DNA of 64,000 bases from Catajapyx aquilonaris (taxonomy: Eukaryota), in the NCBI GenBank assembly GCA_000934665.2, contig JYFJ02002038.1:1-64000 (forward strand), given 5' to 3'. The notes below the pieces were generated by a model. It ran no database searches. It saw nothing but the letters and a program-made list of their open reading frames with translations, and was not told where the DNA came from. Below, in pieces: positions 13,428 to 25,000 of this stretch (the stretch's first letter is position 1; each line of letters starts with the position of its first letter). A program made the translations under genes and the position numbers.

Positions 13428-15029
13428 GAAGGTTGCCCCATATAATGACTATAGTAATAACTAGCCTGTAGAAGCCTTATAGAAGTTTTACAATAATTAT
13501 ATTCGTATTGAAATTACACTGTACTCCCGATTATCCGGGTGCGGATTATCCGTGCATGGCTTAAAAAATTAATAAAAGTCCCCAAAAATGCAATTTTATC
13601 GCAAACAAAGACATATAACAGACTTTTTCTAGAAGACAAGCTAAAAAATCTAGGGAAATATTTCTTATTTCGATCAAATATTATTTCTAAAGAGCAGCAT
13701 ACAATATGTACAGTCGTTCGTTAAAAACATGTCAATAACTCATTTTACGGTATCTATAGTACCATTTTCGGATTATCAGTGTTTTCGATAATCGGAAAAC
13801 ACTGATAATCCGACGAAATCCGACGAAAATCCGACGAAATGGTACTACGAAAATGGTACTACGGTGGGGCGACACCCGTGCAGCCATTAGCCCAGATATA
13901 ACGGCGTATTTTGTCAAAAATATTTCTATCGGCCTCGTATAGGCCTACTTGACAATGCAGAAAAATTATTAAGCAATTAGCAGCAGTTTGGGCCACTTTC
14001 CGCATCATATGTCTTAATATCGTCCCCCATCAAAAAAATAAGCAAGAAGTGGATGGGCCTTTCGTGACATAACTTGTGTCGAATCGAGCGACTCGTGGCT
14101 CTCCACAGCCAGTTGGGTCACTCGAAGCGCATAAAAAACACACACACTGGACAAGCCACACACACAAAAAAGGTGACTAAAAAGTAAAAACTGGGCCAGC
14201 AGTGTTGCAATAAAAGAGGAGGTGAGGTTGATGGGGGGGATGGTATTTCCAAAGCTGCGGCACGCTTAGGACCAAGAGGGCCGTGGGAGGTCCTTTGGGA
14301 GGCTGCGGAAGCGCGTGGCTGCCTCTCCCCCTCCTCCTCTCTCTCTATGCAAGTCTCTCTCCATCCATCCCCCACCACCACCATCCCCCATCAGTACAAA
14401 ACAGAACCCGACGACCTTGGGACGAAAGACGCCCTACGTTGTTGCCCGCTCTCCCAACCCGGGGCCAGTTCAGAGAGGAACACAAGAGGAGGAATCATCG
14501 TAACATCTGGACCACACGATCAATCCTGCCCCGCCAACTCATTAATTACCACGATTGTTTCATTGCCAATTAATGCCAGCACTTCCAGCGATAGGGGGGC
14601 GCACACCAATCGAATTCCAAGTCAGGAATCAGTGCACTCAGTCATGGCCATAAACAATACACACAGCACGTGGAAATTACTTTAAGAAAAATATATCAAA
14701 TAGTAAATAATTAAATAAATAAATATGTAGTCGCCCTATAGCCACGCACAGGCATACGTGCTGTGTACTTACACTTTCTTTGGGCAAGCACCGTTGTTCT
14801 GTGTGTATGTTCGCCAAATTGGGTATATGCTCATTAATTAGCGAGAATAAGCAGCTGATGAATGCGTAGGTTCTCACTTTTTCAGTTTCATTAGCTCTGC
14901 TTCTTTTTGCGCTTAGTTGCAACTACTTGCAGGACACATCAAGAATATTAGCTGCAAATATGTATATAGGAATCACTGTGAATGATAATAATAATTGTAT
15001 AATATAAAATGCACGCAATATGATTCATG

Positions 15030-15344
15030 TAGTCGACCCACTTGACGTTGACGTCATCGTTTTGTTTACCAACTCCTATATAGTCAATGGGAAATCTTCC
15101 GAACGCACCTCTGGAACCTCCCACTTTTCCTGTTTCCGTGGAAATGTTCTCGTATCATACAATAGGAGTAAACAGTGGATTAAACTATTGTTGTCGATGT
15201 TTACACCTTTTGTTATGACACGAGGACATGTCTATGGAAACAGGAAAAGTGGGAGGTTCCAGAGGCGCGTTCGGAAGATCTCCATTGACTAGGAGTTGGT
15301 AAACAAAACGATGACGTCAATGGCAAGTTAGGGTGGGCCGTCTA
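15030..15344. mobile_element. Unclassified foldback/palindromic element
   Basis: Arms TTGACGTCATCGTTTTGTTTACCAACTCCTA...CCTCTGGAACCTCCCACTTTTCCTGTTTCC are mirrored on the right side, forming a ~140-bp imperfect stem. Confidence 0.7.
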
Positions 15345-16357
15345 TATAATAATATAAGAAAATATTCCATTATCAGATAACATGTGAACAATCGTATTTA
15401 ATAATGGAAAAAAGTAAAAGTGATGGAAAGTAAAATGCTTAATGAGAAAAGTAGCGGCCTCAATAATTTCAACTGAAATGAGCAGATAAATTGGAGCAGA
15501 GGGGTACATGAACTCGATGGGTCTTTCCCCGTATTTCCAAGCGTGATGGGAACCAGACCAAGTGGTGTGGTAGCCGCTCCACGGGGAGGACGGGAGCCGA
15601 AGGGGCCTCCAAAAAAAAAGGAGAGACGAAGAAGAGAGAAATACATGAGGGAGGAGGAGGAGGAGGGGGTTGATGTCAAGGTCAGCAGGCACCTCTTACA
15701 ACAAGCCAGCTCACGTTTTCTGCGTTTCCCAACTCTCCGCCTCTCTGCAACATACAACTCATCACACCTCATCCCCAAAGTCCCAGGCATTATCCTGGAC
15801 GTCTCTCCAGCCAGTGTCCTCAACTTATCAGGAGGCCCAGGAAGTTTGGCCTCACCTTGGCCCCGTGGCCGCCACGGGACTCGATCTGCCGGAGAGAGAG
15901 ACGGGTCCTGTGGAAGGTCGCATGTGGTGTGTGCCATTATGGGTCAAAGTATCAGGGAAGGTGGTACCTCATTCCTCATACACCCCCCTCCTCACTCTCT
16001 CTGTAGGTTAGGACACACACACACACAAAGAGAATCGAAAAACTAGTTTGTACCAAGGCCGACAAAACTGATTAGTGGATAAGTCCATATTTGTAGTTAG
16101 CGCGTGTCTCTCTCTTCTTCTTCTTCCTCGAGTCCCGTACTCTCGGCGTCTCCTTGCAGGTTTTTCCTGCCCCAAGGATGGTGCCCTCTCAGGGTCATCT
16201 GGGTCAACTCTGACCGCTTTTTTTATACCATTTTCTTTCTTTCCGGGAACTCTCACTTTCGAGCACGGTCGCGTGCCAGACATACTGTCCAACACCCGGT
16301 AGTCATCGTTCGGTACACGTGTGCACGATGATGATGATTTAACAGCTTTTTATTGGA

Positions 16358-16494
16358 CAGAGTTGGACATTAATGGTGTCGTACTTGTGGCGCTATGGGC
16401 CGATGACGGCAACTGAAGGCAACTTTCGATTCGCTCTTTTTGCCGATACTGGCTCGTGAGGCCACAAGTACGACTCCATTAATGTCCAGCACTG
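16358..16494. mobile_element. Short Tc1-like MITE family (further copy 28131-28256, fragment near 24696-24750)
   Basis: Inverted ends GGACATTAATGG(T/A)GTCGTACTTGTGGC; shared internal GGCAAAAGAGCGAATC in the other copies; terminus TGTCCAGCACTG|TA as in 12943-13334. Confidence 0.65.
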
Positions 16495-16816
16495 TATACT
16501 GTACGCTTCGGAAATACTTGTTAGAAACCAAGAAATTGAAAACAATCAAAAGTCCCTGGACCAAATGAGATTCGCTCAACATATTGATTCAATCATAAAT
16601 AATGAGCGTTAAAATCGTGCTGAATCAGACCGAATGAATCCTTCAGGGCCTTTGAAAATCTGCCTTCAGCATTAAATCTGGAAAGATTAATTCATATTTT
16701 AAACACCCCCCCTCGGTCTGAATCCTCCATGTCATATTTTGGCTAATCATGTGTGTGTGTCCATCGTTAATGAATTGACTCACCACATCCGCGTGCGAAA
16801 CCAATTTTGCCAAAAC

Positions 16817-17277
16817 GCAGCTGCACAATTTCCCATCTATAATTGAGATTAACTACCCGCAATAGTTGTCACTTTGAATATACAGAGAGAGGTCAGCGGC
16901 CTTTTCCTTGTTGGGGGGGGCTCCATATCGTTCCTCCTTCATCCAAATACACTTAAAGCACACGTCTATGTGTGCACGAGTTATCAGACAAAAAGATAAA
17001 GGAGCTCCTGCCCATACTCACGCCCGTAACACTTATTTCCTCCCCAAAAAATTGCGTCGAACAGGTGATCCGGAAGTGACGTCACCCATAAGCAAGTGCG
17101 GTGGTTTGGGGGGGGACACACACAGACAACACGTGTGGGAAATTGGGTCAGCTTCCCAACCCCTTCTGGTGTGGATCATGGGAAAAACAGAAATGGGACG
17201 GGATACGTACAAAGTACGGGGATTTGGGTCAGGCTGACCCGGAATCGTGTGACCATGACGACTGGTCCATTCCCACG
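16817..17277. promoter_or_regulatory. Candidate upstream enhancer of ASH1 (E-boxes, ETS-CRE, Su(H) sites)
   Basis: GCAGCTG at 16817, ACAGGTG at 17061, CCGGAAGTGACGTCAC at 17070-17085, TGTGGGAA at 17134-17141, TTCCCACG at 17270-17277. Confidence 0.4.
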
Positions 17278-17557
17278 AAAACAGGAGGCTCATCCTGGAA
17301 TGGGCTGCAACCCTTCCGCCGCCGATGTCTAGCCTCGGGTCTAACTTCCAGGCTGAGAAGATGCGCCCGAGACATCTTACTCTTTCACTTATAAAGAGAG
17401 ACCCTACACTTTTATCTACTTGCATATACCGGTATAGGCTTGCGTCTGCTGAAAGATATAGGGGTGGATCGTGGGTCCGTTGAAGAATAGGCGCGTGTCC
17501 GCTGAAGGATACACGTATGTGTGTATCCGCCAGGAATGGAGGTTAGGTCATTGCTGG

Positions 17558-17725
17558 GTAGGTTGGTACAGCGTGCCCCTACCTCTACCACATTAGGTCT
17601 CCCGATATGAAAGTCTTTCCCGAGAAACTTCTAAAAACTCTGCTTTTGAGGGTTGGCACAATGGAAAGACTTTCATATCGGGAGACCGAATGTGGCAGGG
17701 GTAGGGGCACCCTGTACCAACCTAC
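17558..17725. repeat. Inverted repeat (core of a larger degenerate palindrome at about 17440-17800)
   Basis: 17558-17620 is the imperfect reverse complement of 17663-17725 (GGTCTCCCGATATGAAAGTCTTTCC / GGAAAGACTTTCATATCGGGAGACC). Confidence 0.7.
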
Positions 17726-18467
17726 TTCATAACCTAACTTTACTTCCGGCGGAAACATGCCTTTTCTTCGGCGGATACACGCCCATCTGTCAGCGGATAC
17801 AAGAGCAGGAAAGTATGTGAAAGTTCGTGGTCTCCCGATACGAAAGCGTAGACGTAATCAGTTAAACTCTGAAGAAAAATGGAAACATTATTCTAAATTG
17901 TGGTAATCCACCCCCCTATAAACCCGAATCGGGTTACCACGGGGTAATAGAAATAAGAATAAAAAAATAACAAAAATCAGTTAAACTGTAGCGAATCTTT
18001 GTAAGATTTTTGTCGGAATGTCCTACCCCTCGAGCAATCCGCAATATGATATGGCCGGATGATAGGGTGCAACAGGTTATATAGCATGAGAAACGCCAAC
18101 TGTTTCCATGCATTTCCATCGAGTGCAAGCAAGCGTCGGACGGTAGATCCGATTGGCATATATACGAGGGGCGTGGGAGTTTGGGGGCTTGATGAGTATA
18201 GGGGGACATGGGAGGGGGGAGCAGGCCCCAACTTCCGCTCAAAATCCGACAACATCCATCCCCCTGCAGGCTCAAAGTCTGCAGCCACCAAAAACTGGAG
18301 GAGTGGTGGTAAAAAGAGGGGGGGATGGAAGGAAGGGCAGTGAGCCAAGGTGGAAGCGGCCAGGTAGGTTTAGGGCCAGGCCGGTTTGGGTCGCCCTTGG
18401 CTGGATGGTGGGGAGGGAAGGTGGTTAGATGGGGAGGTTGAGGGGAGCAAATGCGGCGCACGTCTGA

Positions 18468-18477
18468 GGCACGCGCA
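18468..18477 (+). promoter_or_regulatory. Hairy/E(spl) bHLH-repressor site GGCACGCGCA, about 210 bp upstream of the ASH1 ATG
   Basis: Matches the GGCACGCG class of site known proximal to achaete-scute genes; it sits in a G-rich promoter-like region. Confidence 0.7.
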
Positions 18478-18683
18478 ACGAGGGGGGATAGCTGCTGTTC
18501 CCCGGATGGAAGCGGGGGGTTGGCTGCTGCTGGGGTGGGTTTTCTGGGGGGAGGGACAGCCAGTGGAATATACCCTGGCTCGAGGGGAGAGGGAAGCCTC
18601 AGTGCGTTCCGGGCGCTCCATCGGACCACATCTCTCTCTGATCTTACTCGTACATCATCTCTCGTACATACCGGCACATTGCC

Positions 18684-19692
18684 ATGGACCATCCGATGTC
18701 TTCATCTCCTGGTGCTATGGCCCAACAGCAGGGGCAGCAGCAGGATGATGGGTCTCTGGCCCGGTGCAAGAGGAGGATCAACTTCGGATACACGCTGCCC
18801 AACGCTCCCCAGCCGGCGGCCGTTGCGCGCAGGAACGCCAGGGAGAGGAACAGGGTCAAGCAGGTCAACCTAGGCTTCTCCAACTTGAGGCAACACATCC
18901 CGGGGATGGCCCCTGTGCCCACCACAGCCAAGGGAAAGAAGCTCAGCAAGGTGAGTTACACACTGTCCAAGAAGTCTTTCAAATCCTATGGCTATGGCGT
19001 ACATTTCGCAACTTATTCGTTGCAATGGGTGCATACTGACTCACCCTACGTAAACGCACTGCCCAGTTTTACGCAAACCTTTCTTTGTGTCCTTTTTACT
19101 CGCGTTGTATTGGTAAAGCCATCATTTCTTTAATATGCAAACCTGTAGCTTCATGTTTGGTGCACATGTTGTACATAACCATCAGGGAATGTTCAATCTG
19201 GCTTACCGACAGTTTCCTCAGTCCTGTAACATCGTGATAATGTCCAGGGTGTACTATAAAGTGTTATTTCGACTCTCTTATCCATTAGAATAAAATATTG
19301 CCAGAGTGTATCAGTTAACTGACCATTGTCTCTCTTGTTCTCTGCAGGTTGAAACATTAAAGTGTGCGGTTGAGTACATAAAGAACCTGAAGTGCCTGTT
19401 GGACGACCCGAACGTGGTTCTTCGCCACCACAGCGACGGACAGTCGTCGTCGTCGTCGTCCGTGGGCAGCGCCAACACCCCAAACACCGACGCCTGCATG
19501 TCTCCCGCCGGCAGCGACGCCTCGACGTCCTCCAGCACCTCTCCGACGCCCTCGTACGGCTCCGAGGGCACCGGATCCTCGTACGTGGCCACCACTCTGA
19601 CCGCATACGACAACTACGAGAACTACGAGCCGATGAGCCCGGAGGACGAAGTGCTCCTCGACGCCATATCGTGGTGGCAGCAGACTCAGTGA
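18684..19692 (+). CDS. ASH: Achaete-scute homolog 1 (proneural-type ASH bHLH), join(18684..18950,19348..19692), 203 aa
   Basis: Exon 1 starts at gccATGG and encodes [45 protein letters not shown], followed by donor AAG|gtgagt at 18950/18951. Acceptor tctcttgttctctgcag|GTT at 19347/19348 continues in phase 0 with [18 protein letters not shown], completing the AS-C family bHLH. The protein ends in the AS-C C-terminal motif [15 protein letters not shown], with TGA at 19690-19692. Confidence 0.95.
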
Positions 19693-20440
19693 ACACTTTT
19701 TTTCACCAACACAAAAAGTGACCCATACCGGCCAGTGCCTCAAGTTTTTGGACAATACTGTACAAAGAAACTACACAAAGTGTCGTGTGGACTCAACTAT
19801 ATCGGAAGGAAAAAAATACCCAGCCAAAGATCTAGTCATTCCACGGTTGACGTCGTACATTCCTGGGCAGAAAAAAAAATTTACTTCCAAACACTACATG
19901 ATGCCTTATTCTTCTCGTGGTCTATTTTCCAAAAAAAAATGAAATAATTTTCTTAAAAAAAAAGAACAAGTAGACAGTAGTAATCGTAGGCTTCCTCTCT
20001 CTGTGCCTTCAACCAACAGAACTGTTTATGTATTTTTTGTATATACGAAATAGTTGCGACTGATAGTATACTGTAGTATACGAATGTTACTATTATTAAT
20101 AATAATATTATTGCTATTATTGGTGTCAAAAATATTGTTGCGCCCACATTTTTTGCCACATTGGTACGTAGTGATTTTTTTTTTGAAAAAAAATGTCACT
20201 CATTTTGCATTTTTATACCTTGTTATTATATTCCTGGCCGATGCAGAGGGTCGTAAAATATTGATATTTTGTACAAACACAGATATTTTGTACTTACACC
20301 ATTTTTTTGTATGTAATACCGGAGGGAACAAAACAGTGAGATAATACACAGTTTGATTTTTAAAGAGTGCAGATTTTTGTTGTTGTTTTGCGTCCACAGC
20401 AGTGTCCCATCAGCATGACTCATAACACAGTACAATGAAA
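19693..20440 (+). other. AU-rich 3' UTR of ASH1 with microRNA seed and Pumilio-type sites (end approximate)
   Basis: CCAAAGA 19824-19830, GATCTAGTCA 19829-19838, TGCCTTA 19902-19908, GTGCCTT 20003-20009, TGTATATA 20038-20045. No canonical AATAAA was seen, so the 3' end is a guess. Confidence 0.5.
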
Positions 20441-20642
20441 CCTGTCTGGTGAACTGCCCTAGTCCCTATAGTTACGTATTGTTTACCGCCCAGACCAGTT
20501 TAAAAAGGAGATGCAATTTGGCGACATTCACTTGTAGGATATTGTTTGAACTGGTTTTTGCTGGGGTGAACAATTCGTAACTTATACTCCTTTCAAGTCT
20601 TTTGACCAATAATTCAGCAGGAACTTGTCCATTTGTTTTTTG

Positions 20643-20733
20643 AAGCTGGTTCACACGGGTGTCTTTGGTCCTTTGTGGTTGGTATAATCGCCTGATGATC
20701 CAAAGACAAAGAAAACCAGTGTGAACCCAGCTT
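20643..20733. mobile_element. Small degenerate MITE-like inverted repeat
   Basis: Ends AAGCTGGTTCACAC / GTGTGAACCCAGCTT, with inner TGTCTTTGG / CCAAAGACA. Confidence 0.45.
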
Positions 20734-21824
20734 GTCGTCTCATATATAAGGTTCTTGCATCACTATAACATAATATTATGAGAATCTATTTCTATACCCA
20801 GTATATGCAACCCTTTTTCCTAATACAAAAAACTACCTGGTATACAAGGAGTAGATGGACGTGATGGCGATGAGGGCGCCCGCATTACATGGATAATTAA
20901 ACTCTCTTAATTATCTCTGCGAGGGAGAGATACGACTCACCCTCTGTTGGAGCAGTAGGACCAACCGACAAAAAAAAAGTAGTAGTAGAAATAATAATAA
21001 CTGGAAATGGAGGTCTGATGAAGAAGGCCCAATTTTCCGGCTCACTTGGTGGTCCATTAGTGCTGCACTCATACGGGCACGAGTTGTTTCTTGGCCCTTC
21101 ACTATATATACTTGATGGCCTCCTCAGACCACCATCATCAAGAGAGGAGCGTCTTACCAGGAAATATGACAGAAAAGCCTCTCTTTTTCACGCGATTCTC
21201 ATTCTCTTTTTTTTCTGTCGACTCATTACACGTGCGGGGGGTTTTTTGAGGGAAGGAGGGAGGGGGGGGGGGAGACACAAAAGATAATTTATCTTGTACC
21301 ATCCACACCTGGCCAAACAATACCAGAGGGAGAAAGAGAGGCCTTCCTCCAACGGGCCGACATTCAAAATTTTTGCGTCCCTTGTAACCAACATTGCCTA
21401 AATAACAAGTCACTATACTTAATACAAGGAGGTTTGTACGATCAGGAAAAAAAACAGCTGTTAACAAGGGTTAACCTGCTTCAAGGATTCAACAAGGCCT
21501 TAGGAGTCGTAAAAAAAGCATATAAACAATCATATTATTGGGGGTTATTGAGCCGTATTGTATTTTTGGATGCTATAACTGCCATGTACACGTTTTACTT
21601 CCTCGAGAAGCATTCCCAAAAAGTCATCGGTGGACCAGATGGAAACACTGAAATGGTCGGAATGCCATAACTGCACTCTAAGAATCGCCATTTTAGTATG
21701 CAAAAAATAAGAAGCCATAACCCGAGGTACACAGATGTACACTTTTCGCAAATAAACACGTAGCTGAATTTAGAAATAATTTTATGAGCTTCTATAATAT
21801 CAAAATCCTTCGCTGCTGCTTGAC

Positions 21825-22049
21825 GTGAGGGGGGGGGGGGGGGNGCGTCGAGGTAACAATATGCGGCAGACCAATAAGAGGAGGCCTCTTATCGGAATAA
21901 GAGGCCTCCTCTTATTGGTCTGCATATTGTTACCTCGACGCTTCCGATTCCGCAGACCAATAAGAGGAGGCCTATTATTGAATAAGAGGCCTCCTCTTAT
22001 TGGTCTGCCGCATATTGTTACCTCGACTCTTCCGATTGGCCCCCCTCAC
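21825..22049. repeat. Tandemly duplicated palindrome, MITE-like
   Basis: Two consecutive hairpins GCAGACCAATAAGAG..GAGGCCT..AATAAGAGGCCTCCTCTTATTGGTCTGC bounded by GTGAGGGGGG / CCCCCCTCAC; contains an N. Confidence 0.7.
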
Positions 22050-25000
22050 ACAACAATATACGAGTAAACATATTTCTTTTTATTGCGCCACTGTTTAGTA
22101 CTGTTGAGGTGATTTCCATATGGAAACGTCGAAAGTGAAGTGCATTTTGGGACGTCCTTTGACCGTCCCACCGCAGACCGCAGGCCTAGACAAAAAGCGA
22201 GTGCAAACACTATTAATTTACTCATCGCAACTGTGCGGCGATTGACATTATCAGAATGATTTATTAATAGGGGCAGAATGTTTATTTCAGATTTGCAACA
22301 ACTTGTATACGAATTCCCATCATGGCACCTATACAGAAGGCTAATTTCATAAACTCCGCTTAATGAGCGGGTGCTGAACCATTTTTGTGTCCTTCAAAAA
22401 ATAATGAGCGCTTACACGGGCGCCACTATTCCTTTAAAAAAAAGTTCCATGATTTAATTCGCGCTTTTGTGTATTACGTTGGTCGAACAATGACGGGGGT
22501 TATATGCTTGGAAATTATCTCTTTTGTGTGTAACCTTCCAAAGAAGTTTTGTATATTATAAAGTTGTTGATCAGTTGTTTTTTTTCTTCTCCTTTTTGTG
22601 TACGGCAGCCCTGGCTTCGCGTGTGCTTTTGAAAGACGGCGGAAACTGGTTCCTTATATTATCATCATTCCTGTTACCGGAATTTTTCTCTCCTTTTCTT
22701 TTTATTACTCCTAGATGGATTCAATGCGTGGCTGCCTCGATAGACAAATATTTTTCTACAAGCGCATTGTGGCCCGCATTATTATCCGGGACGAATTGCA
22801 TAACCTCATTAAAACCTGTTTTAGGTTTCCAGGACTAATCATGCGGCTCTCCCCTCATCCCCCTTTTACGTTTCCCCAAAAATAATAGTGAAAAAAGAGC
22901 CGCGAGCAAACACACGGGGAACCTAAAAAACAAGAGAGGGGGTTTAGAACCGTTATGTAAATTTACCGTTCCCAAATTTGGGATTGGATGGAAAGTGGAC
23001 GGAGGGGTCCTCTTTTTATATTTCCAGTGCTCAGAGATATATAGTACTATATACGAAGCCGAAAAAGATCCGGAATCGTCAGGAATAATAACCGTAATTA
23101 CCCCTTTCGGGCTCCCCCCCTTTCTCCTAGAAAACCCAAAGCTTGGCCCCCCCTTTATACCCTCAAAAAATCCCAGAAGCGATGAGAGACCGTTGATATA
23201 TATCGGGACCATGCTTATATCAAATGAGCGCATTTTTTGACAACTTAATTAAGCCTCCCAGATGACCCGCTTCCAGCACTCTATTCAAAAGATATTTTTA
23301 GAATCACGTGGTTTCATCCCATGTATAGGAATTACCAGTGGTTAGAACCACAGACTTATCCACAGTGGTCAATAAGCGATGCGCCGAGAAACCACGTGAT
23401 GAATGAAAGGTGGTCACTTTCACTAGCTGCTGGACATCCCCCCCCCCAAAAGGTGTCTCAATTTGTGCCCCGATTGTCCAGCGGTGACCCACATCCGCCC
23501 TGGCCCACTGCCTGACCTTTCACCTGGCAGAGACACAATCGCGCCCTCGCTTTAGGCATACCATGGCTCCAACAATGTTTGGAAGATGATGGTCCGCTCC
23601 ACTTATTCATTCCGGCGACGGCTGCTCGCAAAATTGGGTCGTGTTGTTGTTGGGTCCTGATTGTCCCGAGTGTAACGGTACGGCGGCACAACCCCCGCCT
23701 AAGTAATACCTTCGACCCAGCAGCACAAAACGATACGCGACCTGTCATCCCTCCTCTGGACACACACTAACCAGGGGAAAGTTATGTCGCACAAGTGACC
23801 TGGTGGTCAGCCTCACTGGATAAACAACAACGATTGTAGCCATCGGTCGAAAGGGAGCCAACGAACGTTATTGTGGCTTTGCCAACCGCGAACAAATCCG
23901 AGGAGGATATTGTGTCCGCAGCATCATGCGTGGACCGTTACTGCCTGAACATGAGACACACACGTGGAGATTTTTCGGCAAGAGGCGATGAGATGAAAGG
24001 GTGGGCCAACGAGGTGAAAGTTGGCGCCGGATTATTACGGGCGTTGATCTGCCCTAAGGTAGTAATCACGCACTGCTTGTTGTGTACGGATGATGATGAC
24101 CACCACCTATACACACCCGGCAGTTATTTGCTGCCGCTTTGGAACCGTGGGGAGAAGCCAGGACTTGTGGCCGAAATTTTGGGACGGACTGGCCCAGATG
24201 ATGATAGACCTCGGGAGACGATAAGTCCCGGGTATGCTGCGTGGCTGGGGGGAAAGATTGCTGGTATTACCCGCACCCCTTTCCGGAGCGGATTAATTTT
24301 CAGGAATATTAATCTCTCCTCCACTGGTTGCTGCTCGAGAAAAAACACTACTTGCCATAGCAAAGTCCACCCCAAAAAAATGGTCGCAAATCATTTACAC
24401 CTCCGATCTCCTGAAACCATGCCAAAACACTCAGGTATCTAAATTATGCACATCCCCACGGGTGCTGCCCATAAATCCTAGCACACCGGGAGGTCCTTCT
24501 TATTGCCATAATTTAGCGCCAATTATAATCCACCCAGTCATGCATTATTCGCTCCATTTTGCACAGGGTGGTACGATGTTGTCTATACATGTGGTGTACG
24601 TTTTGTTTTGTATTAATTTTGTTGTAAATGTTGAGTGAATGGGCTGTTGGGCCTTAATGGGCATGGTCGGTCCAATAAATTCGTTACAAGTCCTCAGTGT
24701 CGTACTGGTGGCACCACGAGCCCATGGTGACAAAAGAGCGAATCCTAGTGTGCACCACCCTGCTGTATATACGACCCGATGTGAGAAATGGCCTGAGACA
24801 GTGGAGCGTGGCAAGTGGTCCGGGGCGTTGTTGCCGGTACAAGAGGCAGCATGTGGTCCAATAAGACGTGTAGGATGAGACTCCTTTTTGGTTGGGTTGT
24901 AATCGGCGCCTGTATATTGTGCTGGGGACGAGGCCATGACGCGGCATAAATTAAGCCGCGTGTCGTCCGGCGGTGTGTCTCTCTATGGGCGTTTCCCTAT

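Noticed and set aside
15398..16046. Overlapping 167-179-aa ORFs on both strands
   Set aside because: No recognisable domain, they include simple purine tracts, and there is no convincing splice structure.
17134..17277. Su(H) paired site (SPS)
   Set aside because: The two sites are inverted but about 128 bp apart, far from the ~15-17-bp SPS spacing.
17934..18873. 252-aa and other ORFs over the ASH1 promoter
   Set aside because: Low-complexity Pro/Gly-rich translations caused by the G-rich strand bias of the promoter.
23873..24442. 189-aa ORF between the ASH genes
   Set aside because: Non-ATG start, no motif, no bHLH; no third ASH gene was found in the window.
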